64,000 nt of DNA from an uncultured delta proteobacterium (GTDB taxonomy: Bacteria; Desulfobacterota; Binatia; UBA9968). The translations under genes were made by a program, and so were the position numbers. The first letter of the stretch is position 1; the number at the start of each line of letters is the position of its first letter. The stretch spans positions 320,001 to 384,000 of the forward strand of contig CAWDPO010000043.1 of NCBI GenBank assembly GCA_963804165.1. The letters are read 5' to 3'. Of the stretch, positions 52,436 to 62,230 are shown in pieces. Below the pieces are notes generated by a model. That model searched no databases and was not told the origin of the DNA. It worked only from the letters and a program-made list of their open reading frames with translations.

Positions 52436-53086
52436 ATGGAGAAAATGAAACGCGCTTTTCTTCCTTTTCAAATGACGATCCTGCTCGCGCTGACCGCGGG
52501 CATCGGGCAACTCCCACCGGTGCAAGCGCAAGCGCCCCAGGGCAAACCCGTGACGATACGTGGCAAGATTGCCGCGGTTGAGAAAGGCGCGCTTAAGGTG
52601 ACCACTGCGGCGGGCGACGTCATGGTCAAGTTCGCCGACAATGTCCGCATCGGCGGGGTGGAAGCCGCCAAGTTTTCCGACATCGGCGCGGGAAACTACG
52701 TCGGCACCACCGCGGTCAAACAGGCGGACGGCACACTCAAAGCCCTCGAGATCCACATTTTTCCGGAAAGCTCGCGGGGCACCGGCGAAGGCCATCGGCC
52801 GTGGGATCTCCAACCCGGCTCGACGATGACCAACGCCAACGTCGAAAAGGTGGAGCAAGTCGCCGTGGAGAAAGTTCAAGGACAATTGCTGACTTTGAAA
52901 TATAAAGACGGCGAGCAAAAAATCTTTGTACCGCCCGGAACACCGATCGTAAAGAATGTGGCGGGCGATCAGTCCCTGCTGAAACCGGGCGCCGGCGTCT
53001 ATATTCCGGCGGTGCGCGGCGAAGACGGCACCCTTACCGCGACGCGCATCACCGCCGGAGTCGGCGCAACGATGCCGCCCATGTAA
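52436..53086 (+). CDS. exported hypothetical protein (DUF5666-like OB-fold repeats)
   Basis: Signal peptide; ALEIHIFPE..RGTGEGHRPWDLQPGSTMTNA. Confidence 0.75.
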   Translation: MEKMKRAFLPFQMTILLALTAGIGQLPPVQAQAPQGKPVTIRGKIAAVEKGALKVTTAAGDVMVKFADNVRIGGVEAAKFSDIGAGNYVGTTAVKQADGTLKALEIHIFPESSRGTGEGHRPWDLQPGSTMTNANVEKVEQVAVEKVQGQLLTLKYKDGEQKIFVPPGTPIVKNVAGDQSLLKPGAGVYIPAVRGEDGTLTATRITAGVGATMPPM

Positions 53087-53119
53087 CCCCATGCGCATCG
53101 CAAGAATCCGCAGCCAAAA

Positions 53120-54175
53120 GTGAAAGTCTTCTCGCGATTATTCTGGCGGAGCTTTGGAGCGCTCGCGCTGCTGCTGGCGTTAGATCCGGTCAAGCTTGAG
53201 GCAAATCCGTACCTCGCCAAGCCGGGTGAGCCCGTCGTACCGATTCGTGTTGCCGCCTGCGCCATCAGCGGCGGTTTCATGCATCTCTACACGGCGCTGG
53301 ATCATCATCTGTTCGACAAATACGGACTCAAAGTCGAGTTCCTGCTCGTCCGCGGCGCCGGAGTATCCGTGGCGGCGCTTACCGCCAACGAGTTGCAATT
53401 TCTCTATTGCACCGCTGATGCGATCATTCCGAGCCTGGCCGCCGGCGCCGAAGCCAAGATGATCGCGTCGCCGCTCGTCGGCTTGCCGTGGGTGATCATC
53501 GCGCGCAAGGAACTCAAACGAGTCGAGGACCTGAAGGGCAAGACTTTCATCGCGACCCGGCCTGGCGGAACGCCGGACACGCTCATTCGGGTCTTGATGA
53601 AGAAACTCAACTTCGGCGCCGATGATGTAAAAATCCGCCACATCGGCGGCGCCGGTCAAACCGAAGTCTATACCGCTTTGCAGCAAGATCTCGGACACGC
53701 AACCATGGTGACTCCGCCCCTCGACGCGCGCGCGAAACGGGATGGTCTCAATACCATTTATCATCTTGATGATCTGAACTTGCCCGCCATTTACAGCAGT
53801 TTTTTTACCAACGAGCGGATGCTCAAAGAACGTCCCTGGATCGTCCAAAAATTTGTCGCCGCTTTGGCGGAAACCGTTTATTTCGTCGAGAAAAATCCCG
53901 ACAAAGCAAAACAGTCCGTCAGTAGAGCTTTGGCCCTCAAAGACGCGGACTCCGCGCAATCCGCCTACGATGTCTACGCCAAGCGGCTGGTCAACCGGCG
54001 GGTCAACGTTCCAGCGTCGCGCGTCGCCGAGGCGATCGAAAACTTGCGTCAGTCCGGCGCCAACGTGCGGCGCAAACCCGCCGAGACTTACGATAACAGC
54101 TTCGCGCAAAATCTGCGGCAGAGCGGCTATCTGATGGAGCTATGGGGCGGAGAAGCGCCGGGAAAAAAGTGGTGA
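53120..54175 (+). CDS. NMT1/SsuA-type substrate-binding protein
   Basis: Signal peptide; LFDKYGLKVE, EDLKGKT. Confidence 0.88.
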   Translation: MKVFSRLFWRSFGALALLLALDPVKLEANPYLAKPGEPVVPIRVAACAISGGFMHLYTALDHHLFDKYGLKVEFLLVRGAGVSVAALTANELQFLYCTADAIIPSLAAGAEAKMIASPLVGLPWVIIARKELKRVEDLKGKTFIATRPGGTPDTLIRVLMKKLNFGADDVKIRHIGGAGQTEVYTALQQDLGHATMVTPPLDARAKRDGLNTIYHLDDLNLPAIYSSFFTNERMLKERPWIVQKFVAALAETVYFVEKNPDKAKQSVSRALALKDADSAQSAYDVYAKRLVNRRVNVPASRVAEAIENLRQSGANVRRKPAETYDNSFAQNLRQSGYLMELWGGEAPGKKW

Positions 54176-54235
54176 GTCGGTGCAGCCGATGGGATGTAAG
54201 ATCTTGCTAAGCTTGATTTAAGTAGGGAAAGGACG

Positions 54236-54634
54236 ATGCCCATGGCGCAAATCAAACACATCGCGATCCGCACCCATGACGTGGAAAAAACCGCGGCCTT
54301 TTACAAGGAAGCCTTCGGCCTCGAACAAGTCGGCGTCGGCCAGAGCGGCATTTATTTGACCGACGGCTATTTGAATATCGCGATCTTGAACTTTCGCGCG
54401 GTCGTCGAGGGTGAAACCATGAAGCTCGGCGTCGATCACATCGGCTTTCAAGTCGACGACGTCGACGCGGCGGTGGCGCGCATTAAAGGCCTTGGCGGCA
54501 AATCGTTAAACGACCGGCACGAGTCCGCGCCGAAAGAACCCGCCCAGCCGCAATCATACTTCGAAGTGAAGTGCATCGGTCCGGAAGATCAGGTCATCGA
54601 CGTCTCCAACGCGGGCTGGGTCGGCGCCAAGTGA
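54236..54634 (+). CDS. VOC/glyoxalase family protein
   Basis: IKHIAIRT, FYKEAFGL, DHIGFQVDD. Confidence 0.9.
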   Translation: MPMAQIKHIAIRTHDVEKTAAFYKEAFGLEQVGVGQSGIYLTDGYLNIAILNFRAVVEGETMKLGVDHIGFQVDDVDAAVARIKGLGGKSLNDRHESAPKEPAQPQSYFEVKCIGPEDQVIDVSNAGWVGAK

Positions 54635-54638
54635 CGCC

Positions 54639-54794
54639 GCAGGCTGCTGAAAACGACTCATATGCAAACGCCGATTGCCCTGAGCTTCGCCGAAGGGTAC
54701 GCTCAATCGTCTCGCGTCAACGTACTGCCGATGTACGCCTCCGCTCGCCGATTTCTCGCGCACCTCGCCTCTGAGATCTTTTTGAGCAGCCTGC
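54639..54794. mobile_element. MITE-like element with terminal inverted repeats
   Basis: GCAGGCTGCTGAAAA ... TTTTGAGCAGCCTGC, no credible ORF inside. Confidence 0.7.
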
Positions 54795-54846
54795 AATCCA
54801 GGTTTCAGCAACCTGCTAGTGAGGTGGTCCAGAAGTTCGCTGAATA

Positions 54847-54932
54847 AAATCTCCCCTTCCCCTCTTTTTCAAAGAGGGGTCTAAAGGATTTTGATAACAA
54901 TCCCCCTTTGAAAAGGGGGATAGAGGGGATTT
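54847..54932. repeat. CCCCCTTT..AAAGGGGG REP-like palindromes
   Basis: cccctctttttcaaagagggg and tccccctttgaaaaggggga within aaatc...gattt. Confidence 0.7.
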
Positions 54933-55021
54933 GAGTTCAGCTGCACCCGCAACCGCTCGCCCTGAGCATTGTCGAAGGGCTCCGATCGCATCCGCAATTC
55001 TAACCAAGCCTCCCCACATCC

Positions 55022-56314
55022 GTGAGCACGAACACCCTGCGCAACCGCCTTTCCGGCCTCTACTACGGCTGGCGCATGATCGGTCTTGTTTCCGCGTTGC
55101 GCGTGCTCGGCGGCGGCTTGCATCAATACGGTTTTACGGTTTTCTTTCTGCCCGTCACCCAAGACCTCGGTCTCACCCGCGCCTCCACTTCTTTGGCGTT
55201 TTCCTTGGCGCGCGCCGAAGGCTCGCTCGCTGCGCCCATCGTCGGCTACCTGATCGACCGCTACGGCCCTAGACCGATGATGTTCACGGCCGCGCTGCTC
55301 GCCGGCATCGGCTACATCCTGTTTTCTTTCGTGAACAGCTACGCGACCTTTCTCATCGTTTATCTCGGCGTCATCTCGCTCGCCTTCACCGCCGGTTTCG
55401 TTCACGCGCCCACGGTTATCGCCAACAGTTGGTTCATTCGTCTGCGCGCCCGCGCGATGACCGTCGTCAGCGCCGCAGTGCCGGTCGGCGGCGCGCTGAT
55501 CACACCGCTTCTAGGGATCGCAGTCCATACATTCGGGTGGCGCTGGGCGGCGTTTTTCGCCGGTGTGCTGTTTCTGGTAGCCGGCCTGCCGCTGTGCATC
55601 GGAATAAAGCGATCTCCGGAAAGCATCGGCATGGCGGCCGACGGCGTGCCGCTCCGAAATGAGAGGATCGAAGGTGCAGAGGAAAAAACTTCGACCAATC
55701 AAGAGCCCGAAATCACGGCGCGCGAAGCATTTCGCTCGCCGATCTTCTGGAATCTGATCTGCTCAATGACCTGCCGCTCGGTCGCGTTCACGACGGTCAC
55801 GACTCATTTCATTCCGATGATGGTTTGGAAAGGCGTAAGCCAGACCGAAGCGTCGGTGCTGCTCGCCGGATTTGCGCTCATCAATTTGCCGATTCACTTT
55901 CTACTCGGCTGGATCGCTGATTTCGTTAACAAGCCCAAGCTGGTCACCATCTGCCTGTTCTTAGGTGTCGTCGCCGTCTTACCGATGTTATGGAGCAACT
56001 CCCTTTGGGCGTTGTGGTTCTTTACCGGACTCTACAGCGTGCTCGATGCATCGATCCCGGTTTTTTGGGCTTCGGTAGGAGACTTCTTCGGCCGCAAATC
56101 CTTCGGCGCGATCCGCGGCAACATGAATTTATTCTACACCTGGGGAGCCATCTTGGGTCCGTTTGTCGCCGGCGCGATTTACGATCAGACCCAAAGCTAC
56201 GCACTAGTGTTCAGCGGCATTACCGTATCGCTCCTCATCTCCACCGCCATGACGGCGCTCTTGATCAAGCCGTGGGCGAAGCTTGGAACGATCGCTCAGA
56301 CGCCAATCCACTAA
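55022..56314 (+). CDS. MFS transporter (OFA/YhjX-like)
   Basis: LYYGWRMI, IDRYGPR, NSWFIRLRARA, GDFFGRKSFGAIRG. Confidence 0.92.
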   Translation: MSTNTLRNRLSGLYYGWRMIGLVSALRVLGGGLHQYGFTVFFLPVTQDLGLTRASTSLAFSLARAEGSLAAPIVGYLIDRYGPRPMMFTAALLAGIGYILFSFVNSYATFLIVYLGVISLAFTAGFVHAPTVIANSWFIRLRARAMTVVSAAVPVGGALITPLLGIAVHTFGWRWAAFFAGVLFLVAGLPLCIGIKRSPESIGMAADGVPLRNERIEGAEEKTSTNQEPEITAREAFRSPIFWNLICSMTCRSVAFTTVTTHFIPMMVWKGVSQTEASVLLAGFALINLPIHFLLGWIADFVNKPKLVTICLFLGVVAVLPMLWSNSLWALWFFTGLYSVLDASIPVFWASVGDFFGRKSFGAIRGNMNLFYTWGAILGPFVAGAIYDQTQSYALVFSGITVSLLISTAMTALLIKPWAKLGTIAQTPIH

Positions 56315-56384
56315 AGCCATTCGCTAGATTGATAAGGTTCTTATATTAGACCCTGACAGCGATTAAGGGTTACGGTCAAGTCTT

Positions 56385-56484
56385 TATACGCTATCGCGTG
56401 TAGAATACGTTTATACGCTATACAGGATAACTAATATAATACGCTATAAAGTATATTGACAAAATATACGCCATAAAGTATATC
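56385..56484 (+). promoter_or_regulatory. hipBA promoter with four HipB-type operators
   Basis: TATAC-N8-GTATA-like sites at 56385, 56412, 56438 and 56465; TTGACA(56456)-17bp-TATATC. Confidence 0.85.
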
Positions 56485-56504
56485 TAAATCAGGAGTCAAT
56501 CTTT

Positions 56505-56753
56505 ATGGAGCAGATCGCTAGAACCTCAAAGCAGATCGGAGCCGCTATTCGCCGGTGTCGCCGTGCCGCTGGTCTGTCTCAAGCCCAGCTTGGAGCCAAA
56601 ACCAATTTGCGCCAAGCAACAATATCAGCCCTTGAGCACGGCGAGCCGGGCACCGAGCTGCGAACCCTCACGGATGCGATGACTGCGCTCGGCCTTGAAA
56701 TGGTCGTCCGCGAGCGTTCGAAAGCACCAGCTGCCATCGAGGATCTGTTCTGA
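56505..56753 (+). CDS. hipB: HipB-like XRE antitoxin
   Basis: GLSQAQLGAKTNLRQATISALEHG HTH; overlaps the hipA start. Confidence 0.92.
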   Translation: MEQIARTSKQIGAAIRRCRRAAGLSQAQLGAKTNLRQATISALEHGEPGTELRTLTDAMTALGLEMVVRERSKAPAAIEDLF

Positions 56754-58078
56754 TGGCCCGTCGGCGAACCCGCATTCCTCTGAACGTCTATTTGAACTCG
56801 CGCCTCGTGGGGCAGCTGCGACGCCAGGCAAGCGGTGCGATTGAATTCCAGTACGACCCAAGCTGGCTGTCGTGGGAGAACGCCTTTCCGATTTCGCTCT
56901 CCCTGCCGATGCGAGAGGATCGATACACAGGCGATCCGGTGATCGCCGTCTTTGAGAATCTTCTTCCTGACAGCGACGCCATACGGCGCCGTCTGGCTGA
57001 GCGGGTCCACGCAGACAGCTCCGATGCTTATGGACTTCTTGCCAAGATCGGCCGCGACTGCGTCGGCGCGCTCCAGCTCCTACCCGATAGCGTTGAGCCC
57101 GGACCTGCAGGAACGGTAGCAGGTCGGCTTGTCGACGAGGAATATGTCGCCCGCAAGATCGGCGATCTCACCGCCACGCCTCTCGGCGTCGACGAAGATG
57201 AGGAATTCAGAATTTCTCTAGCGGGTGCGCAGGAGAAAACCGCCTTCCTGTTCTGGAAAAACAAGTGGCATGTGCCGCACGGCACAACACCAACTACGCA
57301 TATCTTAAAGCCCCAGATCGGCATGTTACCGAACGGCATCGATCTCACACACAGCGTCGCGAATGAATATCTCTGCCTGAAGCTCACAGAGGCATTCGGT
57401 CTGCACAGCGCAAAGATTGCGATTGCGGATTTCAAAGACAACCATGTTCTTGTCGTTGAGCGCTTCGACCGGCGCTGGACAGCGGACAACCGCCTGCTGC
57501 GATTGCCGCAGGAAGATTGTTGCCAATCTCTTTCGGTGCCGCCGACCCGTAAATATGAGCCAGACGGCGGTCCCGGAATGGGCGCAATTTTGGAATTGCT
57601 CAAGGGAAGTGACGACCCGGAAGCGGACCAGCGATTTTTTCTAAAAGCGCAAATCGTGTTCTGGCTCCTGGGCGCGACTGACGGCCACGCGAAAAACTTC
57701 AGCGTCTTCCTTCAACCTGGCGGTCGCTTTCGTCTTACGCCGCTCTACGATGTAATGTCACTCCAGCCCGCCGTTGATGCGGGCCAGCTCCGGAGAAACC
57801 AGATGAAGTTTGCCCTCGCGGTCGGCGACAACCGACATTATGTGATCCAGGAAATCATGCCGCGGCACTTCGTCCAGACGGCGGCAAAGAATGGCATTCC
57901 CGCATCCGTCGTTCAGACGATCTTCGACGAACTTCTCCAAGCTGAGGAGGCCGCCATAAGCAAAGTCATGAGCGATCTGCCGGCCGGATTTCCAGAGGAC
58001 CTTGTTCGGAGCATCGAGAGAGGCATTCGCACGCGCTTGCGGTTAGCGGAAGGCACCCATGCAATCGCCTCACGGTAG
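56753..58078 (+). CDS. hipA: HipA serine/threonine kinase toxin
   Basis: FENLLPD, GRDCVGA, SLAGAQEK, PTTHILKP, QEDCCQ, DGHAKNFS, PLYD. Confidence 0.96.
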   Translation: MARRRTRIPLNVYLNSRLVGQLRRQASGAIEFQYDPSWLSWENAFPISLSLPMREDRYTGDPVIAVFENLLPDSDAIRRRLAERVHADSSDAYGLLAKIGRDCVGALQLLPDSVEPGPAGTVAGRLVDEEYVARKIGDLTATPLGVDEDEEFRISLAGAQEKTAFLFWKNKWHVPHGTTPTTHILKPQIGMLPNGIDLTHSVANEYLCLKLTEAFGLHSAKIAIADFKDNHVLVVERFDRRWTADNRLLRLPQEDCCQSLSVPPTRKYEPDGGPGMGAILELLKGSDDPEADQRFFLKAQIVFWLLGATDGHAKNFSVFLQPGGRFRLTPLYDVMSLQPAVDAGQLRRNQMKFALAVGDNRHYVIQEIMPRHFVQTAAKNGIPASVVQTIFDELLQAEEAAISKVMSDLPAGFPEDLVRSIERGIRTRLRLAEGTHAIASR

Positions 58079-58136
58079 CGCCTACCCTCCACTTGCAAGT
58101 ATCACCGGATGCTCAGGCGAATCTGGTTATTGGTTG

Positions 58137-58249
58137 TCGATCCCGGTTTTTTGGGCTTCGGTTGGAGACTTCTTCGGCCGCAAATCCTTCGGCACGATCC
58201 GCGGCAACATGAATCTCTTCTACACCTGGGGCGCGATCCTTGGTCCGTT
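58137..58249 (+). repeat. diverged duplicate of MFS gene segment 56051-56163
   Basis: SIPVFWASVGDFFGRKSFG(A/T)IRGNMNLFYTWGAILGPF in both copies. Confidence 0.9.
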
Positions 58250-58297
58250 CGCTTTGAATCTCGAACTGACTCTTTGATTTTCTTCCTAGATCTCGCG

Positions 58298-58732
58298 TCA
58301 ATAGCTAAAAGCGGACTTGACCCCCCTTTCTGCTGCCCTTGGGAACCGCTCCGGGATGACAGTTTGGCGCGTTACGCGGCTGAGTGGCGCGACCAAACCG
58401 TCGAGCACTGCGAGAATTACGATGTGCCAGAATGCTACGAGCTTGGTTGCGACAAGACATCCATACGACAAGGCCAGCACTCCCTGGAAAAGGTATACGC
58501 CGATCAGGACTCTCTTACGATCGACGCGATCAGCAACAGCGCCAAATATCGGCGCCAATAGAACCCGTGAAGGCCCCTTGCAAAACGCCACCAATCCCAA
58601 GAGAAACGGCGAGCCGGTCATGACAAACACAAGCCAATCCTCCGCCACCTCTTGCATGTCTTCGCCAAGGCGGGTGACCATAGATCCGGTGAAGAACACA
58701 CGGTAGTCGCGATGTGTTAGCGCGTTGCTCAT
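58298..58732 (-). pseudogene. truncated MFS_3-like transporter (N-terminal third only)
   Basis: ALTHRDYRVF, AEDWLVF, GAVADRVDRKR; ends after about 144 aa. Confidence 0.75.
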
Positions 58733-59203
58733 CGGTGATGAGGAGTCAAGTTTGTCAGGCCCGGTCGAAGCTGAGGCGTGAACCTGCCCCGAAAGGTCGA
58801 GTTGACGCCGCGAAACGGTTTGTACGTTATCGTCGCCTTGCTAAAGGATCAAGCCGATCGCGGCATGACCGTGACAGGTCAGAAGCGGGAGGAAGTGAGC
58901 TCAGGGAAGCGGCAGCGAAGGGCAGTGCACCCCCAAATCTGCACGCGGTTCTGCGCACGGCAGGAAAAATCGTGAAGGACCGACGAGTAAATTTTAAGAA
59001 TCAAAAGTCCTGACCCGCACCGTGACCCCAAAGGTCACTTCCATAAACAAATAAACAAAGCTGACACCTGCGCAGTGCTCACCTGCGCTGTGCTATCAAG
59101 ACAGTCTACAGTGAAAACCCCCATTGATGACCCTCGTTGATGACCCCGCCGCGCGAGTTTGCGCATTTTCGAAAATAAACGTTTAATCGAAACGTCTAAC
59201 TAA

Positions 59204-60949
59204 TTGCCCGAGTTTATGAAGAAGTGGAAAGCTTACGGCGCTTGGATCGCGTGGACGGTGATGATTATTTGTTATCCTCTCGGAAGCATTCACATTGGTT
59301 TAGCCAGTATAGATTTGAAGGGCGCGGATTGGGATCCCGCGGTGACAAGGTTCTTGAGATCAACGTTTGGTCGTCAACAGGAGAATTTCTTTTGGGGAGT
59401 CGCCTTAATTGCTCTCGCTATTCTTGCACAGATCATCGAGCGGTTTTTAAAACCCCTACCCGAAGACAACCTGGCCTTCGACCCGCGCGGAGGAGGAGTT
59501 CAAAAAGGAACACTAGAAGACTTTCTTCAAGAAGTAACCCACTCTGCAAACGAAATAGTTAGAGAAGCAACGGACCATTTTGAAGTTGCTTTAAACGAGC
59601 TATCTACGGGTGATTTCAAGAATGCAGCAAGGGATTTCTCTCGTTCAGTGACAATTGTTCCTACTATGTCCGCTTATTTGAATCTCGGTGCCTCTCTATA
59701 TTTCTGCTCGGAGTGGCTCGAAGCCAAAACTTCCTTTGGCTCGGGATTGGAGATCGCTCGTAGGCTGAAAGACGAACTCTTTGAGGCAAGATTCATTAAC
59801 AACTTGGGCTTACTCGAATTACATATGCGCAATCTGGCCGAGGCAGGTCGACACTTTGAACGAGCCGGTCAGTTGTTTAGGCAGTATGGAAACATGGAAG
59901 GGGTCGCCGCCACCTTGGGAAATTTGGGAGACATCGCATATTTGATTGGCCACTACGGAGAAGCTCACGACTTACAGATGAAAGCGAGAAACAGTTTTAG
60001 AAAGATAAACCACCGAACGGGAGAGGCATACGCACAAATAGGTTTAGGCACCGTGTTGGCAGCCCAAGGCAAATTGGTCGAGGCACAGTCCTGTTATGAT
60101 GCGGCTTACAGAATTTTTAAGGCTAGCAATAACCTTATCGGTGTGGCTCACGCCTTGGGCAATCAAGCAAGTAATTGGGCAAAAACTGGCGACTTTAGCA
60201 AGGCACTAGCGTTACATTATGAGGCATTGAAGTTAGATCGTGATAACGGGGATCGCGTGGGAGAGGCATTTAATCTACAAAACATTGGATCTGTTAAGTT
60301 TCAAACTGGTCAGATAGAAGAAGCTGTAGAACATTACACTACCGCTTTAAAGATCAACAAGGAGGTAAAAAATCGCTCCGGGGAAGCCGAATGCTTGGGT
60401 AATCTGAGCAATATTTACATGGGGCCAGGCAAGTTCAGAGATTTAATAAAGGCCGAAGAACTACTCCAGAAAACACATGAAATTTATCTCGGAATGGATT
60501 ATACGGACGCGGCAGCTACAGTCAAGATTAACCTGGGAAACTTGTACTATATGAAAGGCGACCTCGAGGAAGCGCGACAAGTCTTAAGAGAAGCACTGGC
60601 GCATCAGAAAAAGGTCGGGAACCTAGACGGTCAAGCTTCTGCTCTTGTCAATTTGGGTCTCGTAGACGCCGCCGAAGGGAGATACGACTCAGCACTAACT
60701 CACTACAACGATGCCCTAAAAATTCAAGACACCATTAAAAACAATCTCGGAAAGGCTATCGTCCTTGGAAATATTGGCAATGTGTTTGCTCGTAAAGGTA
60801 ATCGAGATGCTGCTTTAAGTTATTTGCGAGCCTCCCTTTCGTTGTATAGTCAAATGGGAGTGAATGACGAAGGTGTAAAAACAGTCAATCAACTCCTTGC
60901 ACAGTTGACCAACGAGGCGGATCAAAAACTTCCCAAAAGAGAGTCCTAA
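59204..60949 (+). CDS. membrane-anchored tetratricopeptide-repeat protein (low GC)
   Basis: Two N-terminal hydrophobic helices, then ~40-aa repeats of the GEAxxLxNLG type. Confidence 0.9.
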   Translation: MPEFMKKWKAYGAWIAWTVMIICYPLGSIHIGLASIDLKGADWDPAVTRFLRSTFGRQQENFFWGVALIALAILAQIIERFLKPLPEDNLAFDPRGGGVQKGTLEDFLQEVTHSANEIVREATDHFEVALNELSTGDFKNAARDFSRSVTIVPTMSAYLNLGASLYFCSEWLEAKTSFGSGLEIARRLKDELFEARFINNLGLLELHMRNLAEAGRHFERAGQLFRQYGNMEGVAATLGNLGDIAYLIGHYGEAHDLQMKARNSFRKINHRTGEAYAQIGLGTVLAAQGKLVEAQSCYDAAYRIFKASNNLIGVAHALGNQASNWAKTGDFSKALALHYEALKLDRDNGDRVGEAFNLQNIGSVKFQTGQIEEAVEHYTTALKINKEVKNRSGEAECLGNLSNIYMGPGKFRDLIKAEELLQKTHEIYLGMDYTDAAATVKINLGNLYYMKGDLEEARQVLREALAHQKKVGNLDGQASALVNLGLVDAAEGRYDSALTHYNDALKIQDTIKNNLGKAIVLGNIGNVFARKGNRDAALSYLRASLSLYSQMGVNDEGVKTVNQLLAQLTNEADQKLPKRES

Positions 60950-61043
60950 GCACGCTCAAGAAATCGTACAGCCCTTTCTCCAGCGAGAGTGGACCTACAA
61001 TAGACAAGAACCAAGAGTCCTAACCCCGTCCTCTGTGCTGCAC

Positions 61044-61155
61044 CTCAAGTACGGTGCTGGCTACGTTGATCAAGAAGAATGAAGAACGTTACCGTGACCG
61101 GCTCTTGCGAAACCTAAAGCGGCGTGCGGCCGAACTCGGCTTCCAGGTCAAGGCC
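61044..61155 (+). mobile_element. IS110-family transposase C-terminal remnant
   Basis: LKYGAGYVDQ..EERYRDRLLRNLKRRAAELGFQV. Confidence 0.7.
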
Positions 61156-61197
61156 GCTCGGGGTCAGGCCTGAATCTGGATTCTAAATTTGGACATC

Positions 61198-61360
61198 TTA
61201 GGAAAGCACTTTCCCGAGCACCCTCATCATGTTGCCGCCCAGGATTTTGCCGATGCTTTCGTCCGAATAGTTTCGTCCGCTGAGCTCGACATGCAAGTTT
61301 TCCCTGTCGAGGAGTTTGGCGCCGATACCGTCGCGCCGGTAGATTCGATCCTCGCTCCAG
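61198..61360 (-). pseudogene. 3' fragment of a membrane-dipeptidase-like gene, copy 1
   Basis: WSEDRIYRRDGIGAK..ELSGRNYSDESIGKILGGNMMRVL. Confidence 0.65.
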
Positions 61361-61663
61361 TTAAACATCGGACGCTGCGTGCAAGCGGAGGCCGAGCACG
61401 CGCACAACCTTGAGTACCGTGGAGAACTCCGGGTTGCCGTCCGGTGATAGCGCTTTGTAAAGGCTCTCTCGGCCCAGACCCGTTTCGCGGGCAATCTGGC
61501 TCATACCCTTGGCACGCGCGATGTCGCCCAGTGCCGCGGCGATGAGTGCAGGGTCACCGTCTTCGAGAGCGGCTTCCAAGTACGCCGCCATGTCGCCTTC
61601 CGTGGTCAAATGCTCGGCTGGGTCCCACGGTCGAGTTTTTATCTTTGCAGTCTTCCTTTTCAT
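61361..61663 (-). CDS. addiction-module antidote (HigA/HI1420-like HTH)
   Basis: WDPAEHL, ALGDIARAKGMSQIARETGLGRESLYKALSPDGNPEF. Confidence 0.93.
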   Translation of the reverse strand: MKRKTAKIKTRPWDPAEHLTTEGDMAAYLEAALEDGDPALIAAALGDIARAKGMSQIARETGLGRESLYKALSPDGNPEFSTVLKVVRVLGLRLHAASDV

Positions 61664-61671
61664 AACAACCT

Positions 61672-61910
61672 CTACTGTTCTCGTGCTAATTCCAAAGCTT
61701 TCTTTATGTCCCGATCCTGCGTTCGCTTGTCACCGCCGGCAAGCAAGATGATCAGCATCGGACCGCGTTGCACAAAATAATTGGTCTTACATCCCCCGGA
61801 TTACCAAGCGACAATCGATGGATACGCACATCGATTCGCGCCCGCGCTTTCCGATCACGCAAACTGTCGAACCAGTCGGCGTAAGTTTCGGTTTGGCGGA
61901 TTTCGATCAC
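61672..61910 (-). pseudogene. addiction-module killer (RelE/HigB, HI1419-like) with internal deletion and frameshift
   Basis: VIEIRQTETYADWFDSLRDRKARARIDVRIHRLSLGNPGDVRP // YFVQRGPMLIILLAGGDKRTQDRDIKKALELA. Confidence 0.85.
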
Positions 61911-62007
61911 TGAGGCAGAGTGTATTTTATAAGATACAATCAGTCAAGCGCCGGCTAAATAGCCAACGGGGAGAAAACTTTTCCACAGTTAATTGAGGAA
62001 ACTCGAT

Positions 62008-62230
62008 CTAGCGAAGCACTCTCCCGAGCACACGCATCATGTTGCCGCCGAGTATTTTACCCATGCTCTCTTCCGAGTAATTCCGTCCACTGAGCTCAGC
62101 CGCCAGATTTTCCCGGGCGAGTAGCTTGGCGCCGATGCCGTCGCGTCGGTAGATGCGATCCTCGCTCCAGTCGCGCTTCTCGAATTCGGCGGCGAACGAC
62201 GGCAAGTACGGAGCGATGCGCTTGGTGTCT
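62008..62230 (-). pseudogene. 3' fragment of a membrane-dipeptidase-like gene, copy 2
   Basis: WSEDRIYRRDGIGAKLLARENLAAELSGRNYSEESMGKILGGNMMRVLGRVLR. Confidence 0.65.

Noticed and set aside
58740-59200. Possible ncRNA or riboswitch in the long intergenic stretch
   Set aside because: No family signature I can recognise by eye; an Rfam scan is needed.
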